From contig CP075492.1 in the NCBI GenBank assembly GCA_021613535.1, positions 1,922,001 to 1,986,000 of the forward strand: DNA of 64,000 bases, written 5' to 3'. Positions within the stretch are counted from its first letter, which is position 1, and each line of letters opens with the position of its first letter. This DNA is from Adineta vaga. Lineage: Eukaryota; Animalia; Rotifera. This document shows, in pieces, positions 12,477-24,588 of this stretch. The translations under genes were made by a program, and so were the position numbers. The notes below the pieces were generated by a model. That model searched no databases, was not told the DNA's origin, and saw only the letters and a program-made list of their open reading frames with translations.

Positions 12477-14508
12477 GTCAATCTATCCAGATCGGTATAC
12501 ATATTCAAAACTAACAATAATGAATCCTTGTATAAAAGTTGGTATTATATTCATAATACTTGCAATAGCGGTGATAATTATTACTATACCAACTGTTCTT
12601 TCTATTCGAAAGAAAAAAAATCAAAATAGATCAAAAGGTAAATTTGTTTATTTTTTGATAAATGAAGTTTTATTTCATCACCGCAGTAGATGAAACAACA
12701 ATAAGTAATAATTCACAAAATACATCTGTTGGATATACGACAAATGTACCTTATTCGAATTCATCAATTATTCTATCGACAACAATGAGTAAGGGTAGAA
12801 ATTTTATATACTCTCTTTAGAAAAAAATATATTCTGATCAGAATAAAATCAAGATTATAATATTTATTTGATCTATTTCTATCCTATAGATAATTCAACA
12901 AATACTCGTAGTATAATTAACATGACTGTAACAACTATGCAACCAATGATGAGCCATCAACCTAATGAATTAAACACAAGTAAAAATAAAATCTTTTTAT
13001 TTATTAAATAAATAAAAGTCCTTTTTCTTTCTTAATTAGCTATTTCGAGTCAAAAATCATCGTATCATTTATACAATTTGAATAAGAATAGTAATAGCTT
13101 CAGTTCTATGAGTCCTTGTAATACTTTTCTTACTTACTATGAAGCTTTGGAATTTAATGTTTCAACAACTGCACATTATAATTTTGTGTTTAAATCTGAT
13201 CAATATATGAATTTTTATTTCTATCATGACAGTTTCCATCCAGCGTTTGAATATACCAATTTAATGGTTAGGAGTAACAATGGTGGCTTTCAACCAGAAG
13301 TCTTGTCGATACAACTTCTGTTATATACTATGACAAAATACATTCTGCTAATGACAGTTTCAGATCATCAAACAGATTACATCGCATCAATTAATGTGAC
13401 TGGTCCAGATATTATTGATTTTATTTCGAAAAATATATCAAGTGAGATAAATCATTGTTTTATAGAGTGATCCAATAATTTAGATTGTAGTATTTACAAA
13501 AGAAATATAATAATTGTTTTTTTATTGTTTTCAGTAGGTGATTATTCCAATCAACGCGCATATGAACAATCAGCTTTAACTGAGCAAAGTCCCGTGATTT
13601 GTGATATAAGATCTTGTTCAAACTCGTTATCATATATATATTATGAAACGTTACAATTTAGTGTCTCAGTAACAGAGTATTATCACATTTCAGTGATAAG
13701 TACAGCTTTTTATTCTGTTCATTTATATAATGGAAGAGTTCGTCCTTTCTTCCTAGAAAAGAATATAGGAGTAATGAAAAGATTTCATGTTGATATTGTG
13801 CAAATAGATTATTTTATTTTTATTATTTTATTAGCATTCTATGTATGGCCGCAATTGCTTTATATTCGAAGCTTTGAAAATATATAATCTGTTAATAATG
13901 AAGAACCATGACCAAAGTTTCGGCAACTTCTCAATCACTATTACAGGTGCTGGAGATATCAGTTTATTTCCCATCAATATAATAGGTAATAATAAATTCA
14001 AAAACATTTCTCATCGATGTTATCCAATATATTGAATATTATACGATAAATTTTCTAAAGATTTATGACATTATTCTTTATTTTTTGTTTTTTAATAGAA
14101 AATTTAACTGATACAAGTTTACCACAAGCACAATATACATCAGTATTGACCAATGAGAGTAAATCAATTTGTCGAGAAGATCCATGTCCACAATCAGTTT
14201 ATTATTATGAAACTATTCGAATAAATGTCTCAACAACTGATTATTATGCTATTTACTGTAATAGCAGTATTGCCATTGTGATTTGCTTATACAATGATAC
14301 TTTTCATCCTGAATTACATCAAGAAAATCTGATAAAATGTGTATATCCGACGGTAACTAACGACTATTTATATGTGCTCAAAATTCTTTTACTATCAACA
14401 ACTGATTATATTTTGGTAATTGAAACTCGCCAAATAAAAATGATAGGATCATTTACAGTTTCTATCATTAGTGATCATCCTGCAACTTTGTCAAAAACTG
14501 TTTACTAG
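12477..14508 (+). CDS. Multi-exon membrane/secreted protein with three tandem ~110-aa beta-rich repeats; integrity uncertain
   Basis: Three ORF segments share YYE(A/T)(L/I)..(N/S)VS.T..Y...(FY/LY).(D/G).F.P ... I.(V/I)(T/I). A TM and Thr/Ser-rich exons lie upstream; start not resolved. Confidence 0.65.
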
Positions 14509-16954
14509 GCCTTTGGGCGTTAGATTCTTTTCTTGAAAAGTATCATATAAAATTTTTGCAATATAACGCTTCTTAATTCATGGATAATAAAAGACGTTAG
14601 AGAACTGTCGTTGTATTCAAGATGCAGTGTCTCAGTATTCTCATCGAAACTACGTATTTATAATTCATTAAAAAATAAATTTGATTGACTAATAAAGATT
14701 ACAAGCAAATAAAAAATCGGTAAAATGTCGTTGTGTATGTAATATCTGGAGTGTGTGTGGTGGGTGTGAGGCTAGCAGCTACAACCTAGATTTTACTTCA
14801 GCGAAGGAGATCATCAGATAGTTTAGTTGAATTGATAATGATCACGTATGATCAAAATCAAAATCCAAAACTACGTAGTTACATATTTTTATATAATTAA
14901 TTTAGTTTTAAAGAAAATCAAATAAATTAATATGTAATATTAATTACATGACCTAGTGGATAAGGGTGTGAGATGTGTTGAGCAGCCATCTTGAGGGTGT
15001 CGGTTAAGAGTATAGGGTGACCCACACCCACACCCTATTTATAATCAAGAATAATTTAATCTTAAGGTTGATTTGGTATCTTTCTTGATGAAATCTTTTT
15101 ATTATGTATTTATTGTTATTTATTTATTTACGTATTTACAATTAAACATTTTTGAGAATGTGGATGTGATGTGACTTAAGGGACGATAAACCCACACCCT
15201 CAAGAGTGGAATCAGAAAGAAAACAAAAAAGAACGAAGACACTACAGATGGATGATAGGATAGTTATATCAGCAGGCAGTGTACCTATGAGAGCAGTGGT
15301 GGCTGACATCGTATTAGGTGTAGATATTGCTATCAATGTAGTGCATAAAAATAAATGACACAGAGGAAAATATTTTAGATTAAAAATAAACCGATAATGG
15401 CAGCATTAGTAGAAACAAAGTCGATGAGAAAATGTATAAACCATGTGGAAAGAGAAGTGATGCTTATCCGTTTGTTTTTAGTTATTATAATGATGGTTTT
15501 TTTTCTCGGTTGGATTGTCACGTTTCATCATTTTTGGATTAAAAAATTGTTTGCTAAAGCGAGATTCTCTTAGTTTGTGTCCTCAACGATATGAAAAATC
15601 ATGTGAACAAAATAGTTTTTATTCTAATTTCCTATTTTATTTCATACGACTATTATTATTTTTGTCGAAGAAAGTGAAACAAGTGAATTATTATTTTATG
15701 CAAAAAAGTGTCTCCTGATTTATTTGTTACATTTGATTATACATAATACTGTATAAATCATTCGAAAAGATTATATCAAAAACTGAAAGACAAGAAACCA
15801 TCGTTAGGTAGTATCGTTTGTAACTATACAACATCGTTTATAACTAATGAATGTAAGTGTGTGTGATAAATAGATATAATATCCACAGTCATCCTCAAGA
15901 TGGTTATTTTACTTCATTTTTCTGTTAAAAGAAAATTTTCTTAAAAGTAATTCATTTCTGTTCTACTTATATGGTAAGGAATATCTGGGACCATTTGTTA
16001 TATTTTAACCTTATTTCTTACTGCCATTAATTATATATTTTTCTTTTTGGCTTTGTTTTTCTCTCACTAGCAATTATATATATATATATATATTATATCA
16101 TACGGTTATCTTTTTCAACGTATTTTTCTCGCTCCAAAAGAAATTGACAGGATACATAAAAAACATTAATGTTAGTGTTGAAATGAAAAGAGTCATTATC
16201 GAAATCTAATTTTTTGCACATTACATTGGAGAGATCAATCAGAAATTTTTATTCATAGTTCACTTAGAATGAGATAGTTATAATACAAACAGAAATGTTC
16301 TTAAACAAAAGCAGGACATGCAGCAGTTCTGGTTATTCATCTGAAATTTGTTTACAATTATTTAGAAGCATGTTAGTTTAATGATATGGGGTGTGGGTGG
16401 GTGTGGGTGAGGATGTGGTTGTAGGTGTTAGATGCGTATAGTACCCACACCCACACCCACATCCGCAAATCCAAACTGGCGAACTTCCGGAATCTCAATT
16501 TATCAGTTAATTCAGGGTTAAGTCAGAAAACTTAACTTAATTTTAAGTTAAGCCAAATGCCTCACCCTAACCTAAAGTATATTCAATTTTAATCGGTGTC
16601 ATGATTGAACAGAATGTAATTATGAAATGGTTTGCTGATATTGGTATAGCTGTTTTTGATCATCATTTTATTGAAATGCCATTTTATAGATGGACAAATA
16701 AAAAATTACCGAAATGTCAATGTAGATAAAAATCTTTTTTTCTTCTTCTCTAAATCAAGCATTTCATAATCTATAAACAAGAAATAATCATTTTTATCGA
16801 TTTTATGTTATTCTTTAAATAAAATATTCGTGAAATAATAGTACGTGGCTATTTTAGATTGAAGATATTTAATAAATCATAGAATTAGATTAAACATGAA
16901 AATGACTTGATGGAAACAATTTACATTTTGTCATAAGTGTATGTCACCTATACG

Positions 16955-17026
16955 ATCTTGAGGGTGTGTGTAGATGTAGGTGTGAATGTATTCTTCTTCA
17001 CTCACACCCACACCCACACCCTCAAG
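16955..17026. repeat. Telomere-derived fold-back patch (both leaders present)
   Basis: ATCTTGAGGGTGTGTG...AATGTATTCTTCTT-CACTCACACCCACACCCACACCCTCAAG. No TSD. Confidence 0.9.
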
Positions 17027-17157
17027 CTTCAAGAATTTAAAAATTTTTACTTCTTTAAAAACCTTTTTATTGATCTATATCTTATCTGGAAATGTTCAAA
17101 CTTTAACCAGATGTATAATCATCAAAGATTCCTTATGAGAACAAATAATAAATGATT

Positions 17158-17212
17158 ATCTTGAGGGTGGGTGTGGGTGTGGGTACTGTTTCAATTTAAC
17201 CCACACTCTCAA
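17158..17212. repeat. Telomere-derived fold-back patch
   Basis: ATCTTGAGGGTGGGTGTGGGTGTGGGT...ACCCACACTCTCAA. Confidence 0.85.
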
Positions 17213-17462
17213 CACATAAAAAATTTTAAAGCGTTATTACGCGTTTGTTTAGATCCTTATTTGCACAGGTATGCACACCTTTGTTGCACGATACAACTAT
17301 CATTACAGATAAGGCCTTTATTCGTTTCATATTCTATATGAAAAAATGTTTCCAACATATACAAAATCACATACGAGTACTCTTACTGTGAATGAGGATG
17401 AATGATGAACAAACTTAAATAAATTCATAATAACTCTCAAAATTTCTTTTTCCAAGTTTCTT

Positions 17463-17897
17463 TTGTACTGTCAAATACAAATTAAGTGCGGTGATAAATT
17501 GGCAGCAGGTAGTAGTGTTGGTAAGGAATCAATTGCGCTTATTATAGCAGAATTTCCTGAACTCGTAAAACAGTTAAACAACACTGTGAAAGTATTTGGT
17601 ATAGGATCAGCTGAGATTATCAGCAAAGTATTATCCGAACTTGTAAAACAATTGCCTTATACTGCTAAACTGTCTGGTAGCGATGCCATCGAGGTAATTC
17701 TTCGAGATCCATATATCAAATTATTTCTTGTTACGCTGACTATTTACCAAGCTTACAAAACACTTCTTATTATTCAACAATTAGATTACAATACTCTACG
17801 TCGTAATATGCAAAAATTTGTCTTTTATCCTGTGATTTCCGTGATTTGTTTATGTATTGTTTATCGAATTAAAAAGCGCTATCAAATTAGAGGATAA
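17463..17897 (+). CDS. Hypothetical small membrane protein (start uncertain)
   Basis: 144-codon open frame with an internal ELVKQL..T.K..G repeat and two hydrophobic segments. Confidence 0.45.
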   Translation: MYCQIQIKCGDKLAAGSSVGKESIALIIAEFPELVKQLNNTVKVFGIGSAEIISKVLSELVKQLPYTAKLSGSDAIEVILRDPYIKLFLVTLTIYQAYKTLLIIQQLDYNTLRRNMQKFVFYPVISVICLCIVYRIKKRYQIRG

Positions 17898-18450
17898 ACC
17901 AAACTCATTAAAAACAAAACCTGAGCATAAATGTTATTTTTTTAATGAATCTTTCTAATTATTAAACACTAATGTTAATGAATCATTGACAAAAATCGTA
18001 TTCTATAAAATGAAGGACTGGGGTTTGTCAAATTGAAACACGTCTTTTAAATTATAGTGAGATTGTAGAATAGATGTAGGTATAAATGAGTGTCAATAGA
18101 AAATATAACCTCACACACATCCTCAGTAACGTATATCTTTTATTCAACTTTGATCAATAAATCGATGAAAATCTTCTTGTGTTTGAGATCTGTCTGAAAA
18201 AAACATAATTGATTACATCTTTCTATGCGAAAAATTCAAATTCCTTAGAAGAAATCACGTTGAATCAATTTGGAAACAAATACTTTTGTCCTAAAAATAT
18301 GCATCAATAAAATATTCGTTTTTCTTGTCAGGTAGAGATATGTTGAGTGTTTAATTTAGTTTCTGTCAATGATTTTTTTCTATGTAGGTGTGGGTGTGGG
18401 TATGAGTGTGGACGATGGTGAGAGAGAAATTATAACACCCACACCCTCAA

Positions 18451-18828
18451 GATGCATCTGACCATTACAATCATACTGTTAAGACAGCACATAAAAAATA
18501 CAAAGCTGCTGCTCAGACAGCACTTCGAGAGTACAATATTGCTCTTACTGATTGTTTTACTCGTCTTACGACTAATACTACTACTGATGCTTCTGATTAT
18601 GCTCTTGATTATGGTTATGATGATAATGATTATAATATTGGTCCTGGTTGTATTCATCGTTATGACCGTTGTACTGCTAGCGATGCTGTGTGTTGTCAAT
18701 ATCCTGATTCTGATTATGGTAGTATCAATTTTGTTTGTAGTTATTTTCCTTTTGATGATTTTCCTCTTTGTGGTACTGGTCTCGATCCTTATCGTCTTTG
18801 TCGTTGGTATGGGAAAGTAAGAAGCTAG
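18451..18828 (+). pseudogene. 5'-truncated gene with a Cys-rich C-terminus (frame not in the ORF track)
   Basis: Open frame DASDHYNHTVKTAHKKYKAAAQTALREY...GCIHRYDRCTASDAVCCQYPD..FVCSY..LCGTGLDPYRLCRWYGKVRS* with strong NNT codon bias. It starts directly at the patch end CACCCTCAA|GAT. Confidence 0.7.
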
Positions 18829-19218
18829 GTATGTGCTGTTGAAAGACTCTTGCAGATAATTTTTTTATCAATCATACATTTTTTGAGATTATTATTTTGA
18901 ATGATTTTTTATTCTGAATAAATTTACTTTGAGGTAAAGCTTCAAGTGAAGTACATCCTGTCAAAAATCCAATGACCAGTGGCGTTCCAGTAAGAGGATC
19001 AGACCAATAATTAGTAATATGCAAGTTATAATTATAGAAATCATTGAAAAAAGTAACCACACTCGTTGAGTCGGTGAGGGTATGGGGGTGGTGCCGATGG
19101 GTGGATGAGGGTCTGGGTGTGATGCCTGTGGATTGATGAGGGTGGGGGTGCGAGTGTAGATGTCGCAAAAAGAGATGATTAGCGACATCTACATCTTCAT
19201 CCACCCGAATCGTTTTCA

Positions 19219-19800
19219 TCAAGATCTTGAAGTTGTTGTTTGACCTGTAGAAGAAAATTTCAGTAGATTTATATTATATATTTGTGTGATGAAACATGCA
19301 ATAGTGGGAAAATCGACTCGCAAACAGCGATGCCTCTTTTCATGAAGAAGTTCTAATTGTATGGTACCAAAAGCAAAAAATGGACTGACAAGACCGGATA
19401 GATAAACTGCAATATATAATGAGGAAGTGAATTCAATTTTCGTGCGATAGTCATGGAGCTTGGGTACCTTTGAGTCGTTATCGTCGACACATTCCATTCA
19501 GAAACAAACCATATGTGACCAAGTTTACGATCAAACGTAGAATACCAAAGACGGCAGAGTACATGGGGTACCACAATAGGGAAGAAATCATGTCCATTAC
19601 TGAGATGTATAGAACGACTAGTATAAATGTTCCAATAACCGAGAATACCATCTTTGCCAATAAATAGTACCGACCTTCTAAAGTATGAAATAAGAGCCTA
19701 GCACAATCGACCATATATCTCGTCAGAATGTCACAAAACAATCCTCCGCCGTCTTGCACTATAGCACACACCTATGCTACCTTCGTCTGAACTTGAACCG
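19219..19800 (-). pseudogene. Fragment of a multi-pass membrane protein gene, probable paralog of 20064-20945
   Basis: Two ORFs in different frames. YLSGLVSPFF..C resembles FLSSGYATPFF..C of the neighbour. Bracketed by degenerate patches at 19066-19207 and 19819-19913. Confidence 0.5.
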
Positions 19801-20063
19801 CATGTCTATCCTTCTATATTGAGAGTGTGGGGAAAGTGAACGAGAATGAGAGTAAGGAATGTGCAATGCTATAACTACTCATACTCGCTCACACCTACAC
19901 TCACATACTCAAAATGGTTCTTTCGTGCAATGTCTGCTATATTTGTGATTCAATGACAACAAAATGCTCGAACAGTTGTGCTTATAAATGTTGCTGCTTC
20001 AGGTATCTTTGAGACGAAAGCTCTTAATTACATCATAACTTCGAATTCGTCGTAATGATGCTA

Positions 20064-20945
20064 CTATGCAAATTTTTTCGGCGTACGTCTGTGAATCGGA
20101 TACGTATAGTGTTTCTCACTCCTCTTTGAATTATTTGAAGTAAAAGAACACCATTTGTTTTTACCTGGTTTGATGCACATATGAAATATGTCCGAAACGT
20201 TGAGCTGTCTGTCACATTTTAAGCTGAATCTTACTACACAAGCTTCTACGAGGCAAACAATCAGCATGTTCACACAATACACGATAAGACCACGATCACC
20301 CATAGCCAGAATAGGATATCTTTCACAAAGGCACTCAGATGGTCCTGAAAGAAACTTACTTATGTAGAAAAAGGGAGTCGCATATCCCGAAGACAGAAAA
20401 ATAATGTGTCCGATAGTCGACAAGATCGAGGCGATCTTTTGAAATGTGCTCTCTTGACTGGTTCCGAAACGTAATTCATTTGGTGGCTTGCAATGACGAA
20501 ACCTTTTGCATTCAAAATAAAAACTCACCGATGACACGATCAGCATTGTCATCTGACCAAGTAGAAAGAAAATATGTGTGATATAGTTCTTTAACCAGTA
20601 GTAGTTGTAGTTAGTTCTATCCGATCGAGCCGCGTAGTAATTATAGTCAACACAAAAGGATGTCTCATTTATATCAACAAAAATCGCATACACGTAGGTA
20701 ACTCCATTTGGCTGGGGATCGACGTATTCCACCAAAGCGCTACCCAGCAACAGTCGCCTTTTTTCAAAAGCAAAAACAAACAATGAAAGTAAGACCACAA
20801 AGCAAGCGACGATGTAGATGAACGTTTGTAACGCGAGCCAAAGACGATTTTTGCTTCTGGACCACGTTTGCCCAGTTTCTGGTACTTCTACTACGTTTGT
20901 CGAGCTAGCTGTGCTTGTTAACTCAATATTCATCATAGCTCGCAC
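20064..20945 (-). CDS. Hypothetical multi-pass membrane protein
   Basis: 293-codon ORF with about four TM segments; likely ATG at MMNIEL. Confidence 0.65.
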   Translation of the reverse strand: MRAMMNIELTSTASSTNVVEVPETGQTWSRSKNRLWLALQTFIYIVACFVVLLSLFVFAFEKRRLLLGSALVEYVDPQPNGVTYVYAIFVDINETSFCVDYNYYAARSDRTNYNYYWLKNYITHIFFLLGQMTMLIVSSVSFYFECKRFRHCKPPNELRFGTSQESTFQKIASILSTIGHIIFLSSGYATPFFYISKFLSGPSECLCERYPILAMGDRGLIVYCVNMLIVCLVEACVVRFSLKCDRQLNVSDIFHMCIKPGKNKWCSFTSNNSKRSEKHYTYPIHRRTPKKFA

Positions 20946-21241
20946 TACTTGTGACTAAGCTGATGTAAGTGTCTGTTGAAACAAAGTAATATCATCAAAC
21001 TAAACAGACAACATCTAACAAGGAAAAGATAAGTGTCTTTTCAATTTCGTATCATTTATCATACAAGAATAGTACTTTTTATAAATGACAGGAAAGTTGA
21101 GGGTGATAGTCTTTTTTTCTTACTTACACTACATATACCTGCCCCAACATTTCCGTAACGAAAGAAATTACCTATGGAAGTTTCGTGCAGAAGAACAAGT
21201 GTTTTGTTGTGGCGTTTATGTGAAATGAATAAAAAAAGAGG

Positions 21242-21300
21242 CATCTTGAGGGTGTGGGTGTGGGTGTGGGTGTGGGTGTGGGTGTGGGTGTGGGTGGGTG
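21242..21300 (+). repeat. Interstitial telomeric tract with CATCTTGAG leader
   Basis: CATCTTGAGGG(TGTGGG)7TGGGTG, directly abutting the 3' end of a minus-strand Penelope-like fragment. Confidence 0.95.
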
Positions 21301-22146
21301 TAAATCGATGTGAAACAAACTGATCTATATAACAAAGATATAAACCAATTTGCTAATTTCAACTTTTCCTTTTCAGCAATCGATCTAATGTCCAAAGTAA
21401 TGAATAAATTAATATGCTTATCATTAAAATAATTAAATAAATGCAGATGTGTGCTTTGCCGACGCGTTTCGTGTATTTATTTAAAAAAATAAAAAAACAC
21501 TCTTCAGGGCTCTGCATTTATATAAAATAACTGAGAAAAGAATAGAAAGTATAACAGAAAAAAATAGCTAAAGTAAGATAAATAGAAAATGAGAAAGAGG
21601 AGGTAATAATAATAGTAATAAAGAAATATATGTAGACGAAAAGATGAAATGATATATGAATGGCCAAGTTTCGAAGTATTGAAGATTTCATTGATCAACT
21701 TGTTTTTCAAAATGACGAATTGGCCAATTAATAGGAATAAATATATCATCAATATAACGAACATATAAGCCATAACTGTTTGTAGTCTGTCTAAGAATAT
21801 CTTTTTCAAAGAAAAACATGTAACAGTTGGCCATAGTTAAAGTTAATGGAGATCCCATTGCTTCACCACGAATTTGATGATAATATTGATTATTATATTT
21901 AAAATAATTGTTTTGCATAACAAATCTGGCTAAACGAATAATTACTTCTGTTTTTGAACCATTGATTTGTTTAAGATTTAAATGATCCAACATTTTCTTT
22001 AATGATAAAACACCTTCAACTTGTGTAATCATGATATAAAGATCAGTTACATCTATTGTACATAATAGAGTTTCATGTTTTAAATTATTGATAGACCATT
22101 GTTGAAGTTTCTTGAATAATTCAAAGCCAGATGTGACTGTAGTCTG
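21301..22146 (-). mobile_element. Penelope-like (Athena-type) retroelement fragment: RT core, internally deleted, plus 3' region with ribozyme
   Basis: Frame 22146->21688 reads QTTVTSGFEL..TIDVTDLYIMI..NYFKYNNQYYHQIRGEAMGSPL..ANCYM..RYIDDIF, i.e. PLE RT motifs. Confidence 0.9.
21438..21520 (-). ncRNA. Type I hammerhead ribozyme (PLE-type, palindromic stem III)
   Basis: Minus strand: UAAAUGCAGA-GCC CUGAAGA GUGU..ACAC GAAA CGCGUC GGC..UCUGCAUUUA. Intact core, G-C base of stem II, GUC cleavage triplet and extended stem I. Confidence 0.9.
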
Positions 22147-22148
22147 TA

Positions 22149-24588
22149 CACTCTAAAAAAAAGGTTTATACCAAACCTATAAAGGATCTGACCGCGAGTA
22201 CACGCTCCGAACTTCACTTGGTCTCGCGAGATGAAAGTTTCGTATGAAACTCTTACCCGAAAAAAAATAAAAGGTTTCGAATCGAAAGTTCAGTATCAAA
22301 CCTTTCTAGGAAAAATTTAACAAGGTTTCGTATTGAAGGTCCAGTACAAAAACTTCACAATTATGACGATGAAAAGGTTCGGTACAAATAGTTTCGTACA
22401 ATACTTCTTTTGACATTGTTGAAATAAAGGGTTCGTCGAGATGGTTTTGCAGAAAATCTCATTTTATTCTCTACTCACTAAAAACATGCTAAGAAATGAG
22501 AAATCATCTTCGAGTTGAGCTCCTGTATATAGCATAGATCTCGATAAGATAACACGAATCTGCTATCATGCCCTTGGTCAAGTCGTCTACTGGAAGTTGT
22601 TCTTATGTTACTATACTTTTACTTGAATGCTAACAAGAAATCGTATACGGCTGCGAACTTGACTTTGAGCATGACTGCTGCATACCCGATAGGTCTGAAT
22701 AAAGCATACAAAACTCAAAAGAGCGAGCACAGACAAAGTTTAATTCGAAAACTTAATGGAAATCTCCGTTATATATGATAGTAAATATGATAAAACTCAA
22801 CAGAAATTACTGATGTTTTCGAATTAAACTTTGTCTGTGCTCGCTCTTTTGAGTTTTGTATGCTTTATTCAGACCTATCGGGTATGCAGCAGTCATGCTC
22901 AAAGTCAAGTTCGCAGCCGTGTACGACTTCTTGTTAACATTCAAGTAAAAGTATAGTAACATAAGAACAACTTCCAGTAGACGACTTGACCAAGGGCATG
23001 ATAGCAGATTCGTGTTATCTTATCGAGATCTATGCTATACAGAGGAGCTCAACTCGAAGATGATTTCTCATTTCTTAGCACGTCCTTCGAAAGCATCTCA
23101 TCATAAAGACTACTTACACTAACTATCCGCATAGGGTTCAGTAGAAGAACTAAGTCCCTTCAATAATAAACTTATACTTACACAGCAACGTTAAGTTTTG
23201 ATCCGAACATAAGGACCACTAATATATTCAGGCAAATGTATTTAAATATTAATAAAGTTGTAGCACAATTCTAAAATACAAACATAAATATTTATATGAT
23301 CAAAGAAACTCACTAGAAAATCCAGAATAGCCATTGGCCTGCAAAAGAAACTGGAAAATTAATTTAAAAAACACAACTTGTAGATACATATTCACAGAAT
23401 CTCTGATGAAATAACGAGGTAGTCGTATGGTTATCTATTCCATTCATCGTTAGAGGATGGACTGCCAACTATTCTAAAACAGAAATAGAAAAGACGATAT
23501 GAAGAAAACAAGTTCATCCACTTAAAACCAACATTACATACCATCATCAAAACAGAGTACAACAAAAATATTCAATCACATTTTCGTCTCAATAATAGTC
23601 ATTGCTAATAAAGAAAAATTCCTAACAGACGGTCTACTTTGAAATGGACTAGTCAGCTAATGATAGTCATTGATAATAAAGATGATTTCCATCTCACCGT
23701 CAATACAAGTTCAGAGTAGCTGCGTTCTTCAGGGTTATGACTTATTTTTCAGTCACAATGATTTCTGATATGCTCTATAGATTTGGAATGCCTAGTACGA
23801 TCGCACAATTAGTTTCGTATTACCGAAAAGAGTTGTCTATGTAAAGCATGCTAACCTCACATCGTTTCGTGAGTGATCGAAAGGTTCGGTATACTCTGCA
23901 CGAAACCTGGGAAAGTTCTGTAAATGGTTGAGAGTTTTAGTATTCATTATATGAAACCTCAGAGGGTTATATAAGTGATCAGAGGGTTGGGTATACAATC
24001 ATCCAAACCTTGAAGAGTTTAGCACATCTGATGATGGTTCGACATGCTCTTCACGAAACCATCAACAATTCAGTAAATGATCCAAGAGTTTGGTATATGT
24101 TTCACGCAACCAGAAACAGTTCCGTACATCTCTTCATGGTTCAGCATGAATCTTACGAAACTTTTGAATGTTTGATTCGTCATTTGAAGGTTTGGTACGC
24201 TTCTTACCAAACCATACCAAGTTTCGTAAAGTATCGAAGGGTTCAGTATCTATATTGTGAAACCGGTTTGGTTTCGAAAATAATATAATAGTTCAGTATA
24301 GTTTCACAGAACCATTCATAGTTTCGTAGAAGATACGCGAAACTATTATAGAAACTACGAAACTGTGACTGGTTTTGTATCAAAGCTTCGGAACTAATGA
24401 AGTTCTGTACAAGATGTGCGGATCCTCGCGAAGGTTTCAGTTTTACTACCGAGCTTTCCTCAAATTTCGGAACTTAAAAAGGTTCCGTCGAAAAGTAATG
24501 AAACCATTTTTATTCTGCGGACCTTAAAATCGTTTCGTGGGTGAATACTAAATCTGTAAAGTTCGGTATAACACCTTTTTTTAGAGTG
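22149..24588. mobile_element. Non-autonomous CACT-ended (CMC/EnSpm-like) DNA transposon
   Basis: TIRs CACTCTAAAAAAAAGG / CCTTTTTTTAGAGTG with TA on both sides and many subterminal GAAAC/GTTTC repeats. No transposase ORF. Confidence 0.85.
22487..23080. repeat. Long inverted repeat: 266-bp arms, 62-bp spacer
   Basis: 22487-22752 is the reverse complement of 22815-23080, with 5 mismatches counted by eye. Confidence 0.95.

Noticed and set aside
18430-18820. Very hydrophobic ORF 18452-18820 and antisense ORF 18430-18699
   Set aside because: Shadow frames produced by the NNT codon bias of the real frame 18451-18828.
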